Made by a program: the position numbers and the translations under genes. The notes under the pieces are model-generated. The model saw nothing but the letters and a program-made list of their open reading frames with translations, ran no database searches and was not told the DNA's origin. This document shows, piece by piece, positions 39,896 to 54,440 of a stretch of 64,000 nucleotides of DNA. Source of the stretch: Octopus sinensis (taxonomy: Eukaryota); contig NC_043010.1 of NCBI RefSeq assembly GCF_006345805.1, positions 39,246,001-39,310,000 on the forward strand, given 5' to 3'. Numbering within the stretch: the first letter of the stretch is position 1; every line of letters begins with the position of its first letter.

Positions 39896-40270
39896 GTGGG
39901 GAGCTGAATCCTTAGCACGCCGGAAAAAAGGCTTAGCGGCATTCTGTCCATCTGTATGCTCTGTGTTAAAAATCCGCCAAGGTCGACTTCGACTGTCATC
40001 ATTTCGGGATCGATAAAGTGATATTTGAGCCCTAGGGTCAATGGGGTCAACTTGTCCCTTCCTTCGAAATTTTGTCAAAATCTGAAACCAATATTTTGTT
40101 TAACTTTGTAAGGCTGCTAGGAGACAGAATCTTTTGCATGCCGGGCAACACACTTCGTAGCATTCCACACGTCTTTACGTTCTGAGTTCAAATTCCACCG
40201 AGATCAACTTTGCTTTAAACCTTTCGGAGTCCATAAAATAAGCATTGTGTTCAATGATACTAACTTGCTC
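39896..40270 (+). mobile_element. two decayed SINE family B copies
   Basis: TTAGCACGCCGG..CCGCCAAGGTCGACTT and TTACGTTCTGAGTTCAAATTCCACCGAG. Confidence 0.7.
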
Positions 40271-42232
40271 TTTTTGATCTTGAAATTGCTGATCTTGAAA
40301 GCAATATTTTATTGAAATCTTGCTTAGATTGAATGGAGAGAAGACAGTAGGCTTTCGATGTTGCTCATCACTACACTAGGTTTTTTGAATCGTAGATATA
40401 TTTCTCACTCTTGAATTTATATTCAATTCTTGGTTCTTGATTTTATTATCGTTTTACACCGAGTGCAATTGATATTCACCTTTCTCTATCACATTTATCA
40501 AATTACTTCGTTTACTTCCAAAGTCTATTATTTTTCAGTAATTATCTCATTTTATAAGAACCCGGACATAAGCTCGGCTCACAAATATATAACTTATGTT
40601 AAAGCTCCTGAAGTTTAAACTATTTATACCTTTTATCTTATTCTATAATTGTGTTCAGGCTATTTAGTAAAACGCCTTTCAAGTATATTTCTTTCGTGTC
40701 TTTGTGATAATTTTGTGTTTTATGAAATTTTAAGTATTTCATGTGTCGCTCTCATCTATTTCCTGTTATTGTTACCTTTACATTCCTCGTAACACTCATC
40801 GTTTTATTTCGCTTCTAAGTAATTTCTAGATCAATGTTGATACTTTCTAGCAATTACCTACTTCTTTAAGAAACTCGAAACTCTTTTCACTTATGTTTGA
40901 AGTTGAAGAAGCTTACTTTTTCAGTTTGTCGTGGTTTAAATATTGTCGTAAGTGGTTCTGGTCAAATTATCCAATTTCGTTACTTTTAATTTATTTTTCT
41001 TATGTATACAGGTGAAAATATAAAACAACGTACAATCAACTGCAACAAAATGATTTCTGTCGCCGGTGAGTGCAAAAACGTCTTAGTAAATGGCATGTCA
41101 CAATTTCTGTGAAAATTAAATAGAGGATCAGTACAATGCATAAGAATTCGTCGAAAATGCCCGCCACGTTTCGTTGCTACGAACAGAATTCTAAAAATCG
41201 TTATTCTTTTACAAATTTCTTAATGTCATTTGTCATTTCATGTTAAGCATAATCAAGGAATTCATATATCATACTAACAATGAAGTTACCCATACAGTCA
41301 CATCACAAATATATACACTGACATCAATATGTGTGCGCGTGCGTGTTGGTGTATTTCCTTTTGTAAGAGCTTATGCATGTATATATATAATAGTGTACAA
41401 ACAATTTAAGTATTTATACACGAAAGAGGTGACCTTTAACAGGACACTTTACATGCTAGAAAGGGCAGTGAAAGCCCAAACCACGAGCAAATGCAATTTT
41501 AAAGGGAATGAAAATAAAAAAAATGTTTTAGTTACTTCCAAACTCGAGTTCCTGTATTAATGAGTAAATAAATTAATTTGTCATCTGTACTTCATCGGTG
41601 AGGTAGACAAAATTTATGCATATTTATGTAGCGAATACGTAACGAAAATACACGTGCAGCATACGTACAACTTATATTTTCATTTCCAGGGAAATTGCTA
41701 GTGCTTAAATCTCTCATGAGAGTAGACGGTGCTCGATTTTGAAACCAAAATAATGATTTTATTGTTACAGGAGTTATACCTATAATGACAAATTACCATC
41801 TTTCAACGACAAGCCTAACAGTGTATATGATAATGAGTATTATCTTCCACTCTCAAAGAAGCCAGAATGAGCCTGTTCCCAATAGACTTCAAGAGATAAG
41901 CCATGCCTGATATTTTGTTTACTCTCTCTAGACGTGGTGTAGCAGCTGCAGCGTTCTTTAAGTTTCTAAAAGTTTGGTTTTGCTTAAAAGAATCATCGAT
42001 ATTTCGTATACAATAGCAACTCCATAATCTCGGCTGAGATTTCATTTCACGTCCTAACCAGTCACATCGACAAAATTTATCTACGCAATCATCCAAACGA
42101 TCACTGCTTCCTTAATTCATTCATTCACCCATTCAGGTATACATGTATACACACATATATAGATGTATGCATGCATACACATACATACATACATCCATAC
42201 ATACATATGTACATACATACATACATACATGT

Positions 42233-42540
42233 GGAGGCACATGGCTTAGTGGTTAGAGCAGCGGACTCGCTGTCGAGGGATCGCAGGTTCGAATCTCAGA
42301 CCGGACGATGTGTGTGTTTATGAGCGAAGCACCTAAGCACCACGCGGCTCCGGCAGAAGGTAATGGCGAAACTTCTGCTGACTATTTCGCCGCAACTTTT
42401 TCTCACTATTTCCTCCTGCATCTTGCAGCTCACCTGCGATGGACCGGCGTCCCGTCCAGGTGGGGAACCTATACGCCAAGAAACAGGGAAAACGGCCCTT
42501 ATGAGCCAGGCATGGCTCGAGAAGGAACAAACAACAAAAA
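42233..42540 (+). mobile_element. SINE family C, tail ending GCATGGCTCGAGAAGGAACAAACAAC
   Basis: Collinear with 18540-18836. Inserted in (CATA)n. Confidence 0.9.
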
Positions 42541-42959
42541 CATACATACATACATACATACGTACATATATGGTGGTTGTGTACTCCTTATGAAGGGTCT
42601 AACCACCTCTTGCCCCTATACTTTAGATCCATCATGGCATCTGATGTGACTTTTTAAACCAGGCAACGGATTGATAGGATGCACACATAGTTGCATATCC
42701 GATTTGGACGACCAAGAGCAGCACTTAAGTTCTGATCTTTGTGGATCTTAAACTGTCTAATGAGACCTTCGTTAGAATTGCAGACCTCATGGCATACGCG
42801 ACATTGAAAGGTGTACATAGACGTATAGGCAGAATAGTTGGTGGGTTCGTTTTCCAGCAAGAGAAAGGCCTGGTCTGTCACAAACTGTGCGCACAAAAAG
42901 TTCACTGAGATTCGCCTTCTCGACCGCAACACTCATTTTAAATCTCTCTTGAGTCTTGC

Positions 42960-44330
42960 ATACATGCATACGTACGTAAATACATACATACATACATACA
43001 TACATACATACATACATACATACATACATACATACATACATACATACATACATACATGTATATATGCGTATATACATACGTACATATGTACATATATACA
43101 TACATTCATGTGACAATAACAATTTGCCAGATGTTTTTAAGAACTAAAGGATGATAAACAAAATAATTTTTTCTTCTTAACTTTATTACCAAGTTGATTG
43201 CCGGTCAAAATTTACTATGAGCTAAAACGATAAGTAGAAACATACATGCATGCATACATACCTACATAAAAATATACATACACATATACATACATGCATA
43301 CATATGCCCAGCGGATGTTAACATGAAGCGGAAGAAGATCAGTGAAAAGAGAATACCTATGCAGAACTGTTGAGAAATCTGCAGTTACTCTATCCACATT
43401 AAAATTTCAGGTTTATAACTGTAATTATTGGGGCCCTGAGATATGTAACATCCTAAATACCAATCTTGTGAAATTAGGCTTCTGCCAACCAGAAAAGAGA
43501 AAGCTAATTCGAAGATTACAGATCCAATCCATTACTGAATTGTAAAAATCTGTAAAACTTTTCAGAAGTTTACCATTGAAATATATATAGGCATGTCTAG
43601 ATATGCAAGTATATGCATGAGAATACATACATAAAACATACAAATTTACACATACATACATACATATTTATATACATACATACATACATACATACATACA
43701 TACATACATACATACATACATACATACGTACGTACATGCAAATACACATTTATAGCAAGTGTAATTAGATGGATAAGTGAAAATCTGGAAAGGCTGGGCG
43801 TCTTAGAAAACACAAACACCCAGCTAGGACGGACATAACGAATACAATGTATGAACTGAAATATATGCAAAACTTCATTCTCATTTTAGCTTTTTGTGAA
43901 CTGAGTTCCAACAATCGAGCATTGTGTCTTTGTAAGAAACCAGCATCTGCCTAGCAGCGAAATTTTAAATATCTAAAATTGGATGACTACATAGATACAT
44001 ACATACATGTATGTATGCATACATGAAGGCATGCATGCATACATACATACACATACATACATGCATACATACATACATACATACATACATACATACATAC
44101 ATACATACATACATACATACATACCAACATACATACATGAATGCCTGCATAAACACATACACATATACTTACTTACTTACCAACCTAGATACATACATAG
44201 TTAAATACATACATAGATACACACATACATACATGCATACATACATACATACATACTACATACATACAAACATACGTACAAACATACATACATACATACA
44301 TACATACATACATACATGCTTACCTACATG
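42960..44330. repeat. three (CATA)n tracts at about 42960-43110, 43650-43745 and 44010-44330
   Basis: Direct reading. Confidence 0.9.
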
Positions 44331-44720
44331 TGTGTTTACATATGCGTACTCTAACATTGCGACATTTTGAAAGGTAAACCATGATATTTTGTATCGTGCT
44401 ACATATGAAGAATTCATAACTATTAGTCTAAATATAAGCATATACATATTTTAGCATATGCATAATTCAGAATTAATATTTGTAAACATATATGCAGACA
44501 CACATACATAGATGTGTCTGTGTCTGCGTAAAGACACAGTTCTTTGTTTTATAGTTACATGTAAGCAGCAAGAAGATATTCCCTGTTTATTTTTGATGCT
44601 AGAATTCGGCTATGCACTCACTTTTGCGCCTAATTCTAGTTCGGAATTTAAATAAATCATATGATCTTTTTTTTTCTCGGGGAAAATATGTAATAAAACA
44701 TAAAATATTTCAAAATCATA

Positions 44721-45133
44721 CTCTCTCTTTTACTCTTTTACTTGTTTCAGTCATTTGACTGCGGCCATGCTGGAGCACCGCCTTTAGTCGAGCAAATCGA
44801 CCCCGGGACTTATTCTTTGTAAGCCCAGTACTTATTCTATCGGTCTCTTTTGCGGAACCGCTAAGTGACGGGGACGTAAACACACCAGCATCGGTTGTCA
44901 AGCAATGCTAGGGGGACAAACACAGACACACAAACATATACACACACACTTATATATATATACATATATACGACAGTCTTCTTTCAGTTTCCGTCTACCA
45001 AATCCACTCACAAGGCATTGGTCGGCCCGGGGCTATAGCAGAAGACACTTGCCCAAGATGCCACGCAGTGGGACTGAACGCGGAACCATGTGGTTGGTTA
45101 GCAAGCTACTTACCACACAGCCACTCCTGCGCC
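44721..45133 (-). mobile_element. SINE family A, full length
   Basis: Collinear with 25092-25505. Confidence 0.92.
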
Positions 45134-45449
45134 TCATAGTACGTTAAAACAATTTGAAATCCTTCCAAAAATAAATAAGCAAACATTATTTTCTACCGAA
45201 GAAATGCGTCGTTATTTGTATATTTTATTCAAACTTCTTGCTTTAATTCTAGTTTTGATTATTTTTAAACGTATTTTTGCTTACTGATTCTTAAAGGAGG
45301 AAAATGTGTTTTCATTAGAACGTTTTCAGCATTATATAATTTCTATATATTTTCTTTTAGCTCTCTTTGAATATTCTCTACAAACATATTTAAAAACAAC
45401 AGCCACATCGCTGAGTAGAACGACAACAACAACAACAATAATAATAATC

Positions 45450-45755
45450 CAGTCTACTATAGGCACAACTCCTGAAATTTTGGGAGAGTACCTCGACCCC
45501 AGGGCATACTTGGCACTTATATCATCGGCCCCGAAAGGATGAAAGGCAATATCGACCTTGTTGGAATTTCAGCTCAAGCCATAAAGACGGACGAGATTCC
45601 GCTAGAAATTTTGTCTGGCATGCTAACGACTCTGATAATGGTTTAAAATTTTGGCACAAAGCAATTACATCGACCCCAGTGCTCAATTGGTACGTATTTA
45701 ATCGATCCCGAGATGATGAAAGACAAAGTGGACTTCAGCGGAAGTTGAACTCAGA
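45450..45755 (-). mobile_element. two decayed SINE family B copies
   Basis: CCCCGAAAGGATGAAAGGCAA and CGACCCCAGTGCTCAATTGGTAC segments. Confidence 0.75.
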
Positions 45756-45770
45756 AGGTACTGATGGACG

Positions 45771-45996
45771 GCGAGCTGGCAGAAACGTTAGAACGCCGGG
45801 CGAAATGCGTAGCCGTATTTCGTCTGTCGTTACGCTGTGAGTTCAAATTCCGCCGAGGTCGACTTTGCCTTTCATCCTTTCGGGGTCGATAAATTAAGTA
45901 CCAGTTACGCACTGGGGTCGATGGAATCGACTTAATACCTATGTCTGTTCTTGCTTGCCCCATCTATGTTTAGTCCCTTGTGGGTAATAAAGAAAT
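45771..45996 (+). mobile_element. single SINE family B copy with 15-bp target-site duplication
   Basis: AGGTACTGATGGACG at 45756-45770 and 45997-46011 flanks one head plus one unit. Confidence 0.92.
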
Positions 45997-46032
45997 AGGT
46001 ACTGATGGACGACGACGAAGACGACAAAGATG

Positions 46033-46067
<35 letters not shown>

Positions 46068-46079
46068 TAATCATTTCTA

Positions 46080-46567
46080 ATAAGGGAACGAAGCTTTAAA
46101 TTCTGGGAGAGGGGCTAGTCGATTACATCGACGACGACGCCCACCAACACTGCCACCACCACCAATCCTTTCTATTAAAGGCACAAGGCCTGAAATTTTC
46201 AGGGAGCTGAATCATCAAAGTACATATTCTACTACTTCACTGGTACTTAATTTATCGACCCCGAAAGGATGAAAGTTACCTCGGCGGAATTTGAACTCAT
46301 AATGTAGCGATGGGTGAGATATCGCTAAGCATTTCGTCCAGCTTGCTAACGATTCTTTTCTATTCTAGGCACAGGGCCCGAAATTTTGAGGGAGGGGACC
46401 AGTCGATTAGATCGATCCCATTACGCAAGTAGCAGTTAATTTATCGATCCGAAAAGGATGAAATTCAAAGTCGTCCGCGGGGGAATTTGAACCCAGAACG
46501 TTGCGACGAGCGAGATATCGCTAAGCATTTCGTCCAGCGTCCAAACGCTTCTGCCAGCGCGCCACCT
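46080..46567 (-). mobile_element. SINE family B cluster, three partial copies
   Basis: Repeated GAAATTTT..GGGA..AGTCGATTA and GGAATTTGAAC..CGCTAAGCATTTCGTCCAGC. Confidence 0.82.
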
Positions 46568-46569
46568 AA

Positions 46570-46608
46570 ACAACAATAACAACAATAATACTAATAATAA
46601 TAATAATG

Positions 46609-46658
<50 letters not shown>

Positions 46659-46890
46659 TTAATAATGATGATAATAATGATGGTAATAATAATAATAATA
46701 ATAATCACTTGTTAAGGTTATCTCTACTGATATTCTGTATAAATTATAGCAAGCTCTAATGTAAAACGCACAACTAACACAGTAGAACAGGGTATTAACT
46801 TAACATTAAAAAAAAACGTTTAATATATTTTTATTGTATATTATGATTACATAACGAAATACCGCGCCTCTACAAGCCGTTAATAATAAC

Positions 46891-46928
<38 letters not shown>

Positions 46929-46951
46929 CAACAATAATAATAATAATAACA

Positions 46952-46993
<42 letters not shown>

Positions 46994-47615
46994 TAATAAT
47001 AATAAATGCCCTGTACCAGGTAATGGCACTCGTGTCTTCTGATCTTAACTGATTGGATGTGTTATCATGTACATTGTTTGTCTTCGTATAAATGATGGGC
47101 TACAGCAAATATTCTGCTCAATACCACAGATTTGCTTGTCAGTTGTTTGACCTTAACCAGTTGACGAGGTACCTTAGTGGCTGACGATATGTGATTCTTT
47201 GATCATAAGCAGATGTAGTGGGGGAGCATCACAGCCATATGATGAAAAGAATTCTTAGAGGTTTGGATAATTCACATTTGGAAACCTGAGTGTTTCGTTC
47301 ATCATCCTTAAACAATCCTTATTCAGGGATCTTTTGAGCCGGTTGGGCTACTCGGCATGAAGAAAATTTTAACTAGGCCTCACCTGCAAGGTCATGCGCT
47401 GTTTATCTTGATATGAGATCACCATGTCGCGCACATATGGTTGCGATGCATGTGTCTGGTGTACCCTTATCAGATGGGTAGTCATGGTGGATATACTGGG
47501 CTTCGTATAATTTACCTCAGTGTCACTTTGATGGCATGCACTGTTCTGTCACTTAATAATAATAATATTAATAATGATGATAATAATGATGGTAATAATA
47601 ATAATAATAATAATG

Positions 47616-47696
<81 letters not shown>

Positions 47697-47700
47697 GAAA
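46570..47700. repeat. (AAT)n tracts at about 46570-46710, 46880-47004 and 47555-47700
   Basis: Direct reading. Confidence 0.93.
47005..47554. mobile_element. 550-bp non-coding interspersed element embedded in (AAT)n
   Basis: Sharp boundaries against (AAT)n on both sides. A second partial copy at 2335-2520 also abuts an (AAT)n-type tract. No tRNA boxes or TIRs seen. Confidence 0.75.
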
Positions 47701-48939
47701 GAAGAAGAAGAAGAATGGTGTTTATAATAATGCAGAAAAAGTAGGAAGAAACGTTATATTGGCGGTATAGAAAGAAGTGTGAAGCGAAATCGATAAGCTG
47801 TACAAAGAAAGCAAAAAAAGTGTATGAATGACGATATACAATTTATAATTAAGGGTTTTAAAAAAATCATAGTATCGTACGAATTTTTGAATTTTTGAAT
47901 ATCTAATGAATTTATATCTTATTAATGAAAACAAGTATCTTAGGAGACTACTGAAGGAAATTATAGTAAAGTGATTCGAAACGATATCTTTATCAAAAAT
48001 TAGACAAAAAGTTATCTTTATCAAAAATTTAACCAGTCCTTGCGTTGAATGTTCGACGTTCCTGATTACGTTTTCACTAAATTTCCTACTACCATCTAGT
48101 ATTAGTCATGAGTTCATATTGAAAAAAAATTCCATGAAGGCTTATTTCGTTATAAGAACTAATTGCTCATCCATGTCTTTTGGATCGTTAGAACTTAACA
48201 CTTTATAAAATCCGAAGTTTGTACTTGTATTCTCTCCTTTTTTATACTGCTTAAACTATGACCCCATTCTATATCGAACTCTCCTTCGTCTGAATATCCT
48301 TTGTGTAAACTGTATAAAAGCCACAGTAAGGTTTTCGTACAATCGAGACCGGTTTTGAATTGTATTTCGTTCATATAATGGACGTGTTTCACCTCATAGG
48401 AAAACTCTCTATTTATCCATCTCTTTCACTATCTCTCTCTCTCTCTCTCTCTCTGAATGTCTTTTTGTCGGCAGGTTAGTTTCCGCTTCGCAAGAATTAT
48501 ACACGAATTAACATTCTGCATTTTTATTAATTTATATTTTACTTGTATTTTTTATTATGTTTTTGTTGCTCTTTTTAGGAGTCTCCTTGGCCCCAATAAT
48601 TTGCCTCAAGTTCCTGACTTCATAGGAGCATAAGCGTTTTCCCCGGAAAGGAACTTAAAGGAACATTAGTTTAACAATAGTCTTTTTGTTTGAGCTTTTC
48701 AGAGAAATGCTCCTTGTCTCTCCGGTTATAGTTTCTCTCAGCTCTTTTTTTTTTTTGCTCGTGTTGATGGTGGTGGGATCATGGCCTGTTGCTCATACAG
48801 GGGACTGAGCAATTTCCCTTCCCTGTGAGAACAGAATAGAATACAGTATTCTCTGTTGCCCTTATATCCACTCCATCAAACTATAGGATTGAAAATTCAA
48901 TGATCTTACATAGTTCATTTCTTTGGGTCTATATTCTTT

Positions 48940-49085
48940 TTTACTCTAGGCACAAGGCACGGAATTTTGCGGGGAGGAGGGACAGTCGATTAGATCGACC
49001 CCAGTACGCAACTGGTACTTAATTTATCGACCCCGAAAGGATAAAAGGCAAAATCGACCTCAGCGGAATTTGAACTCAGAACGTA
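48940..49085 (-). mobile_element. SINE family B, 3' part
   Basis: CTCTAGGCACAAGGC..CGACCCCGAAAGG..GAATTTGAACTCAGAACG. Confidence 0.85.
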
Positions 49086-49399
49086 GAGCAAATCACTTAC
49101 CCACCGGATGTCAACGTGATGGTAAGGATCAGTGGAAAACAAACACTTACATGAACTATTGAGAAATGTAATACTAATCTACTCACATTACATATTAGAT
49201 TGATATAAGTAATTATATGGGTTTGGATATGTATCAAACTGCTTCAGTAACAATTTTGATAAATTAAGTTTATAGAAACCAGTAAAGAGAAAATCAATTA
49301 CATTTTAGAGATAGAATCTATAATCGAATTGTCGAAGTATGTGAAATCTTCCAGAAGCTTAGTACTTAAGTATATAAGCGCACGTTTATAGCTGCAGTG

Positions 49400-49715
49400 T
49401 AGGCGCAATGTCCCAGTGATTAGAGCAGCGAACTCACGGTCGTAGGATCACGGTTTCGATTCCCAAGCAGGGCGTTGTGAGTGATTATTGAGTAAAAACA
49501 CCTAAATCTTCACGAGGCTCCGGCAGGGGCTGGTGGCGGTCTCTGCTCTACTCTTTCACCACAATTTTTTTTGTCACTCGTTCTTCCTGTTTCTGTTCTA
49601 CCTGTATTTCGAAGGGCCAGCCTTGTCACGCGTTAAGGTTTCACGTTCACGAACAGTCTGTTCCGTTGATCGGATCAAATAGAACCCTCGTTGTCGTTAC
49701 TGACGGCGTGCCACG
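49400..49715 (+). mobile_element. SINE family C with 10-bp target-site duplication
   Basis: TATAGCTGCA at 49387-49396 and 49721-49730. Tail as in 36378-36765, internally deleted. Confidence 0.88.
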
Positions 49716-50199
49716 TAAAATATAGCTGCAACTATCTGCGCGAGAATACACACATAAAGCAAACCATACAAATCTGCATATAGTGCATAATCTGACTTCA
49801 AATATTAAGCAGATGTACGAGAACATACGCAGAGACGTTGTTGATGTTGATTAAAAATTCCATTGAGGGAATCTTGAATCTGTTAGAAACCGGTACTTTT
49901 TTCTATTTGCAAGACATCCAAAAATAAAACTGAATAGTAACATGCACAAGTGCATACGTACATAGATGCACACATACACACACATACATTCATGCAAGCA
50001 TACATAAGTACATGTGCGTATTTAAGTTTGTTTTAGTGACTCAGCGCTGCTTTGCATTCATGTGACATAAATGTTGATATTTTTATATAGCTACACATGT
50101 ACATTGGTCTGTTGTGTGCTAGTATGTAAATGGATATAAATGTGGCCTTAGATAATTGAAATCGCATATGAAAGAAGAAATATATGCATATATGGTTGT

Positions 50200-50870
<671 letters not shown>

Positions 50871-51450
50871 ACGGAGAATGTTAGGAAGAAAGTTATATAT
50901 AAATTGCTGCCTGTCAATTATACGAAGCTACATGATAATGTGTAGAAGTTTCACTGAAAGAAACTCCTGACTGAGGTATTACGAATTATCGATATACTTG
51001 TAATACGAAATTTGACAGAAGTGTCAATATGACGAAGACCTACCTTCATAGAGAAAAAGAACAAACAAAACCATACGTTTGGAAAGAAAGTAACGGAAAG
51101 GAATTAAATTCAACAATGCAAAAACAGAAAACTATTCACAGAAATGCTTGTGCATGGTGGGGTGTATTCGTAGGAACATCTAAGGAATGGCGAAAACTTT
51201 AGGAAAGAGTAATCTTTCTGGAGTTGAAATTTACAGATATTTTATTTGTGTTCTTTCAAAGTGAATCATTATTAATATTCATCCATCTTCTTCGCCCATT
51301 ATTCCTGGGAAGTTTATGGAGGTACCCTCTCTATAGGCCTATTAGGAGTAACCGCTGTTACAATTTGCGGCTATATTCGCAAGCATGACCAACTGATACT
51401 ACGGATATTATCCACCTGAGGCTATGAATGTTATCCAGTTGTCTCATTCT

Positions 51451-51963
51451 TATTTCTTTATTGCCCACAAGGGGCTCAGCCACATGCACGTTAATTTCAC
51501 GAGCAGGCTGTTCCGTTGATCGGATCGACTGGGACCCTCGTCGTCATGAGCAACGGAGTGCCAACACACACACATTGGTGACAAGGGGCTAAACACAGAC
51601 GGGACAAACAAAGACAGACAAAGGGATTAAGTCGATTACATCGATCCCAGTGCGTAACTGGTACTTACTTTATCGACCCCGAAAAGATGAAAGGCAAAGT
51701 CGACCTCGGCGGAATTTGAATTCAGAACGTAACAGCAGACGAAATACATATTTCTTTATTACCCACAAGGGGCTAAACATAGAGGGGACAAACAAGGACA
51801 GGCATAGGTATTTAGTCGATTATATCTGGTACTTAATTTATCGACCCCAAAAGGATGAAAGGCAAAGTCGACGTCGGCGGAATTTGCACTCAGAACATAA
51901 CGGCAGACGAAATACCGCTAAGCATTTCGCCCGGCGTGCTAAAGTTTCTGCCAGCTCACCGCC
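51451..51963 (-). mobile_element. SINE family B, head plus two 184-bp units
   Basis: ACAAGGGG at 51581 and 51765. Head ends at 51963. Confidence 0.9.
51477..51580 (+). mobile_element. 5'-truncated SINE C tail nested in SINE B with a 10-bp TSD
   Basis: ACAAGGGGCT at 51467-51476 and 51581-51590. The insert matches the 3' end of 36378-36765. Confidence 0.88.
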
Positions 51964-53499
51964 TTAAAACTCTCATTCTTTGTATAGGTCTGAAGCCGGT
52001 TGGTTCGGCTTGAAAAAACCGTCTTGCAATTCTATCCTCCGATATTTTAATTACTTGGGCGTAGGACTGGAGCGTTGACCCCTAAATGCGGAGAAGTAGT
52101 GGTTCGACCGGGAGAGACTCCGTATATGTCTGAGCTATGCAAAACATCGATTAACGTTATTCCAGAGATACTTCGAGAAACCCTATTTCGTTATCATAAC
52201 TATTGGAACAAAGATAATCACTGATATTTGTTTCTGTTTCAGATAAGATAAGGAAAAGTTGTTTGTCATCTTAATTTGTATTCATATTTTTTCAAAATGT
52301 AAGTCGAAGTTGGATTCGGCTGGATTTGAACGCAGAACCTAAAGAGCCGTGAGAAATACCGCACGTCACATTTTCCTACGCATTAGAGATTCGATGAACG
52401 CTGAAGAATATCAAAAGACAGAATGTAGAGTAAGGGATTGAAAAGGAACTGATAAAGCGTAATTTTGACATATACGAGCTGATCTCTCAAAAGATAAACT
52501 TTCAATGAGGTTTGATTTTGTTTGATTAGTATGGCCTGGTTAAGAAGTTGTGTGCAATGCTTTCGCAGACTCTCTCAGGTCAATGAAACAGACGCAATAA
52601 ATTGCTGTTCTTGAATAAAACACTGTACAAAATTCTGGCAAAGCAGAACATGGCAAAGTCTTCACATCCGTTTTTGTAGAGGACCATAGAATAAGTATGG
52701 CGGACGAGAGGATGAGCGACAAGCAAAACCACGCTAGTAGCAGGAGATAAGTTAGAAAGAAGAGACAGCACAATTTTGTGCCTGTAGCAAGCGATGTCTT
52801 CCCGAAATATGTAACTTTAAAGATCTGTCATCTCTAACAAATGAGTAGACTCCTTCTGATCTCTTTCAAGGGATTTTTCACACATTAACAAAGAGTTATA
52901 CCCTTAATCGAGATGACATTTTAATGCCGTCTGTGTATGAAATGCTTTTGCATTAACTCCCAAACTAGGATTCAACACAACTTACTGAATATGAAGAACA
53001 TATTCATTATGAATATGAACAAACATATTAATTATGAATATGAAGAAACATATTAATTATATTCTAACAAGCCAGTAAAAGTAATGCCAACCGATTGTGA
53101 CAATAAATAAGTTGCATTTGTATCTTATGAAGTGTCACTTATTAAATGAAAGTATAGAAAACTATACTTAAGGGCAGAAGAACAAATTCTCCCTGCTGTC
53201 AAAGCAATTGACTCTAGAATTCATGGAGATAAACTAGCAAAGATTTGGTATATGTAAAGCGACGAGTAAGAGGCATGCCTGATAATGTAAAAATATCAAT
53301 ACCGATGAACACATATCTACATATGTATCTATAGGCACACACTTATATAGAAATATGATATATGTATATGAATATCTATGCATGCATACATGTACGTATG
53401 TCTATAATGAATTAGTATATGGGAAGTGACGTAAAGTAGACATGTCTGATAGTGTTAAACCCAGTGCATATCTACACAGACATACACACACGTGTGTAG

Positions 53500-53502
53500 G
53501 TA

Positions 53503-53548
<46 letters not shown>

Positions 53549-53644
53549 TACATACACACACCTCATATTCATCACTTCCCATATCCTGATTCCTTATAAA
53601 GACATGCATACAAGCATGCATGCATACTTGTGCATATATCTATG

Positions 53645-53732
<88 letters not shown>

Positions 53733-53735
53733 TGT
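53500..53735. repeat. (TA)n and long (TG)n microsatellites
   Basis: Direct reading. Confidence 0.93.
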
Positions 53736-54440
53736 ATGTTTATCATAAAAGTACAATCTACGTAAGTTGACAATAACTTTGGAATTCGGCCAGAATTCTG
53801 GCGTTGTAGGAATATAAATGATAAGAAATATATACTGTATCGGAAGTTCCACCCATAATTCTTTATTTCTTTAATAACTATCTTCAAAGCATTTCTTCTT
53901 TTCAACTTTTCCAACTCACTTCTCTAATTCTTTGTCTGAGGTAATATCGTATTTTTATGTCGCACAATGCAATTGAATATTAAGAGACTAAAAAAAAATA
54001 GACTGCTCGTAACTATGACAATAATGTATACCACCCATGGCTAAACGTCTCTTAGAAAATACATAACACAATTATTTACTTGTCGTTTCGTTTCAAAATA
54101 GGCTTCAGAAACGCCGTAAAAAAATAAGGAAATAAAGAATACACCTGTATTAATCATGTCTGTCAACTATAAAGAGTTTCTCTCTCGTTCTTTCGCCGTC
54201 CTTCTCCTCCTCCCTTCTTCTCTGTCTCTCACTCTGCCTTTCTGTCTCTCTCTCACTTTATCTCTGTATATCATATCCAATTACTACCAACGTTATTTCA
54301 ATTTCTTTGCCATTGTATTGAATTAGCAACTGTCCATCCGTTTTCACTTGACATAAAAGTGGAGAACGTTTAGTATTGCGTAAAAATGAGCGATAATCTG
54401 TAATAAAACTACATTCGGCCAGGTTGAGGTATATATCGTT

